From Obrimoposthia wandeli (taxonomy: Eukaryota), in NCBI GenBank assembly GCA_977020255.1, contig CDROCS010000253.1, positions 248,001-312,000 of the forward strand: a stretch of 64,000 nucleotides of DNA. The letters are read 5' to 3'. The position numbers were made by a program, and so were the translations under genes. Positions 62,971 through 64,000 of the stretch are shown piece by piece. Within the stretch, counting starts at the first letter, position 1; every line of letters starts with the position of its first letter. The notes beneath the pieces were generated by a model. That model had not been told where the DNA came from. It worked only from the letters and a program-made list of their open reading frames with translations, and searched no databases.

Positions 62971-63112
62971 AAGAGTATTTTATTAAATGATAAAAAAGTA
63001 AACAACAGTAGTAGACGCGCCTTTTCGTCTCGATGACAAATTGTCGCTAACCTAGATGATACAATTAATTACAGTGTAAATATCGAAGTAAACTCGCTCA
63101 ATTAGCAGGCAC

Positions 63113-63140
63113 AAAAAAAGCGCCAACAGGCGCTTTTTTT
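63113..63140. terminator. Intrinsic terminator after rpmE
   Basis: AAAAAAAGCGCC-AACA-GGCGCTTTTTTT. Confidence 0.85.
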
Positions 63141-63167
63141 ATGTCTATTACAAATAATAAGAAGTAT

Positions 63168-63380
63168 TTACTTCTTACCAATTGTAGCAAAACGTTTGTT
63201 GAATTTATCAACACGACCACCGGTCTCAGCAGCTTTTTGCTTACCAGTGTAAAATGGGTGACAAGCAGAACATACGTCTAGGTGAATATCTTTACCTATA
63301 GTAGAACGAGTTGTTACAACATTGCCACAAGAACAGGTCGCTTTAAATTCAGCATACTTAGGATGAATATCTTTTTTCAT
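63168..63380 (-). CDS. rpmE: 50S ribosomal protein L31 (zinc-binding C+ type)
   Basis: [12 protein letters not shown] and CSAC Zn ligands, [17 protein letters not shown]; start ATG 63380. Confidence 0.97.
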   Translation of the reverse strand: MKKDIHPKYAEFKATCSCGNVVTTRSTIGKDIHLDVCSACHPFYTGKQKAAETGGRVDKFNKRFATIGKK

Positions 63381-63697
63381 GGGAACCTCTATCTCTTTAA
63401 AGAGAAATTGGGCGCATCGCCACTTAGCCATTTACTCATTGTTTACTTTCAAAATATACTCTTGAAGAGTTCATTCTATTAAGAAAACCGAAATGCCAAG
63501 CACCATACGTAGTTAAAAATTAATGGGGGCGAATAATAAATGATAGCCTAAATAACTGCAACATAAATAAGCCAAAATAGACTAATAAAAGACTAGTTAG
63601 GCTTATTTAGAAAGAAAGCAATATTGGTACTTGGCAGTATTCATTACACGGGGCAAAATAGCACTAACCATTGTTAACCAAAATCTGCTGATTAAAA

Positions 63698-64000
63698 GTG
63701 CCTGAACAATACATTCAAGTTGCGATTCCTGTCCCTATGCGACAGCTATTTACTTATCGAGTGCCAGAAGCACTATCCGATCCTGCTATTGAAGTTGGCG
63801 AGCGTGTCGCTGTATCTTTTGGCCCGCGAAAAGTGATTGGTATTGTTATTGACGCACAAGCACAATGTGATTTTGAGGTGAGTAAAGTTAAAAACATTAC
63901 CGCCCGTCTTAATGATAATTTTAATCTAAGTAAATCACTGGTTAGCTTTTTACAATTATGCGCTCATTATTACCACCACCCCGTTGGCGATGTTTTCCAG
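63698..64000 (+). CDS. priA: Primosomal protein N', 5' part (runs off the right edge)
   Basis: Not in the ORF track. Manual translation from GTG 63698 gives VPEQYIQVAIPVPMRQLFTYRVP...GERVAVSFGPRKVIGIV...HYYHHPVG; divergent from rpmE. Confidence 0.92.
   Translation, partial: MPEQYIQVAIPVPMRQLFTYRVPEALSDPAIEVGERVAVSFGPRKVIGIVIDAQAQCDFEVSKVKNITARLNDNFNLSKSLVSFLQLCAHYYHHPVGDVFQ

Overview
AT-rich gammaproteobacterial chromosome segment, most consistent with Colwellia/Alteromonadales (inferred from gene order, protein sequences and intergenic repeat style; not database-confirmed). Most of the window is core genome: mrcB(5' part)-hrpB, sfsA-dksA-gluQ-SDR-pcnB-folK-panBC, uraA-upp, tRNA-Ile(CAU), rpoD-dnaG-yqeY-rpsU, tsaD, plsY, folB-folK2-uppP, cnoX, zapE/zapG-degQ-degS, dsbA-srkA-ccoG, hutF-hutG, hybrid peroxiredoxin, purU, dnaB, an ECF-sigma operon, rpmE and priA(5' part). 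Between upp and the tRNA 3' end (about 14.3-33.1 kb) lies an accessory block. It holds a DmeF/DmeR-type metal efflux pair and a co-oriented cluster: a giant non-RTX adhesin with about 19 cadherin-like 103-aa repeats, a TPR protein carrying a tyrosylprotein-sulfotransferase-like domain, and a complete type I secretion system (TolC, ABC, HlyD). An IS1595 remnant sits just upstream of the adhesin. This cluster is the best candidate for an undescribed system: a possibly sulfated secreted adhesin, reminiscent of Xanthomonas RaxST/RaxABC. The adhesin frame is broken only inside its near-identical repeats, by scrambled sequence that looks like an assembly artefact. Two families of small TA-flanked MITE/ERIC-like elements and several recognisable operators (RcnR/DmeR, HutC, OxyR, TyrR-like) occur in intergenic DNA.
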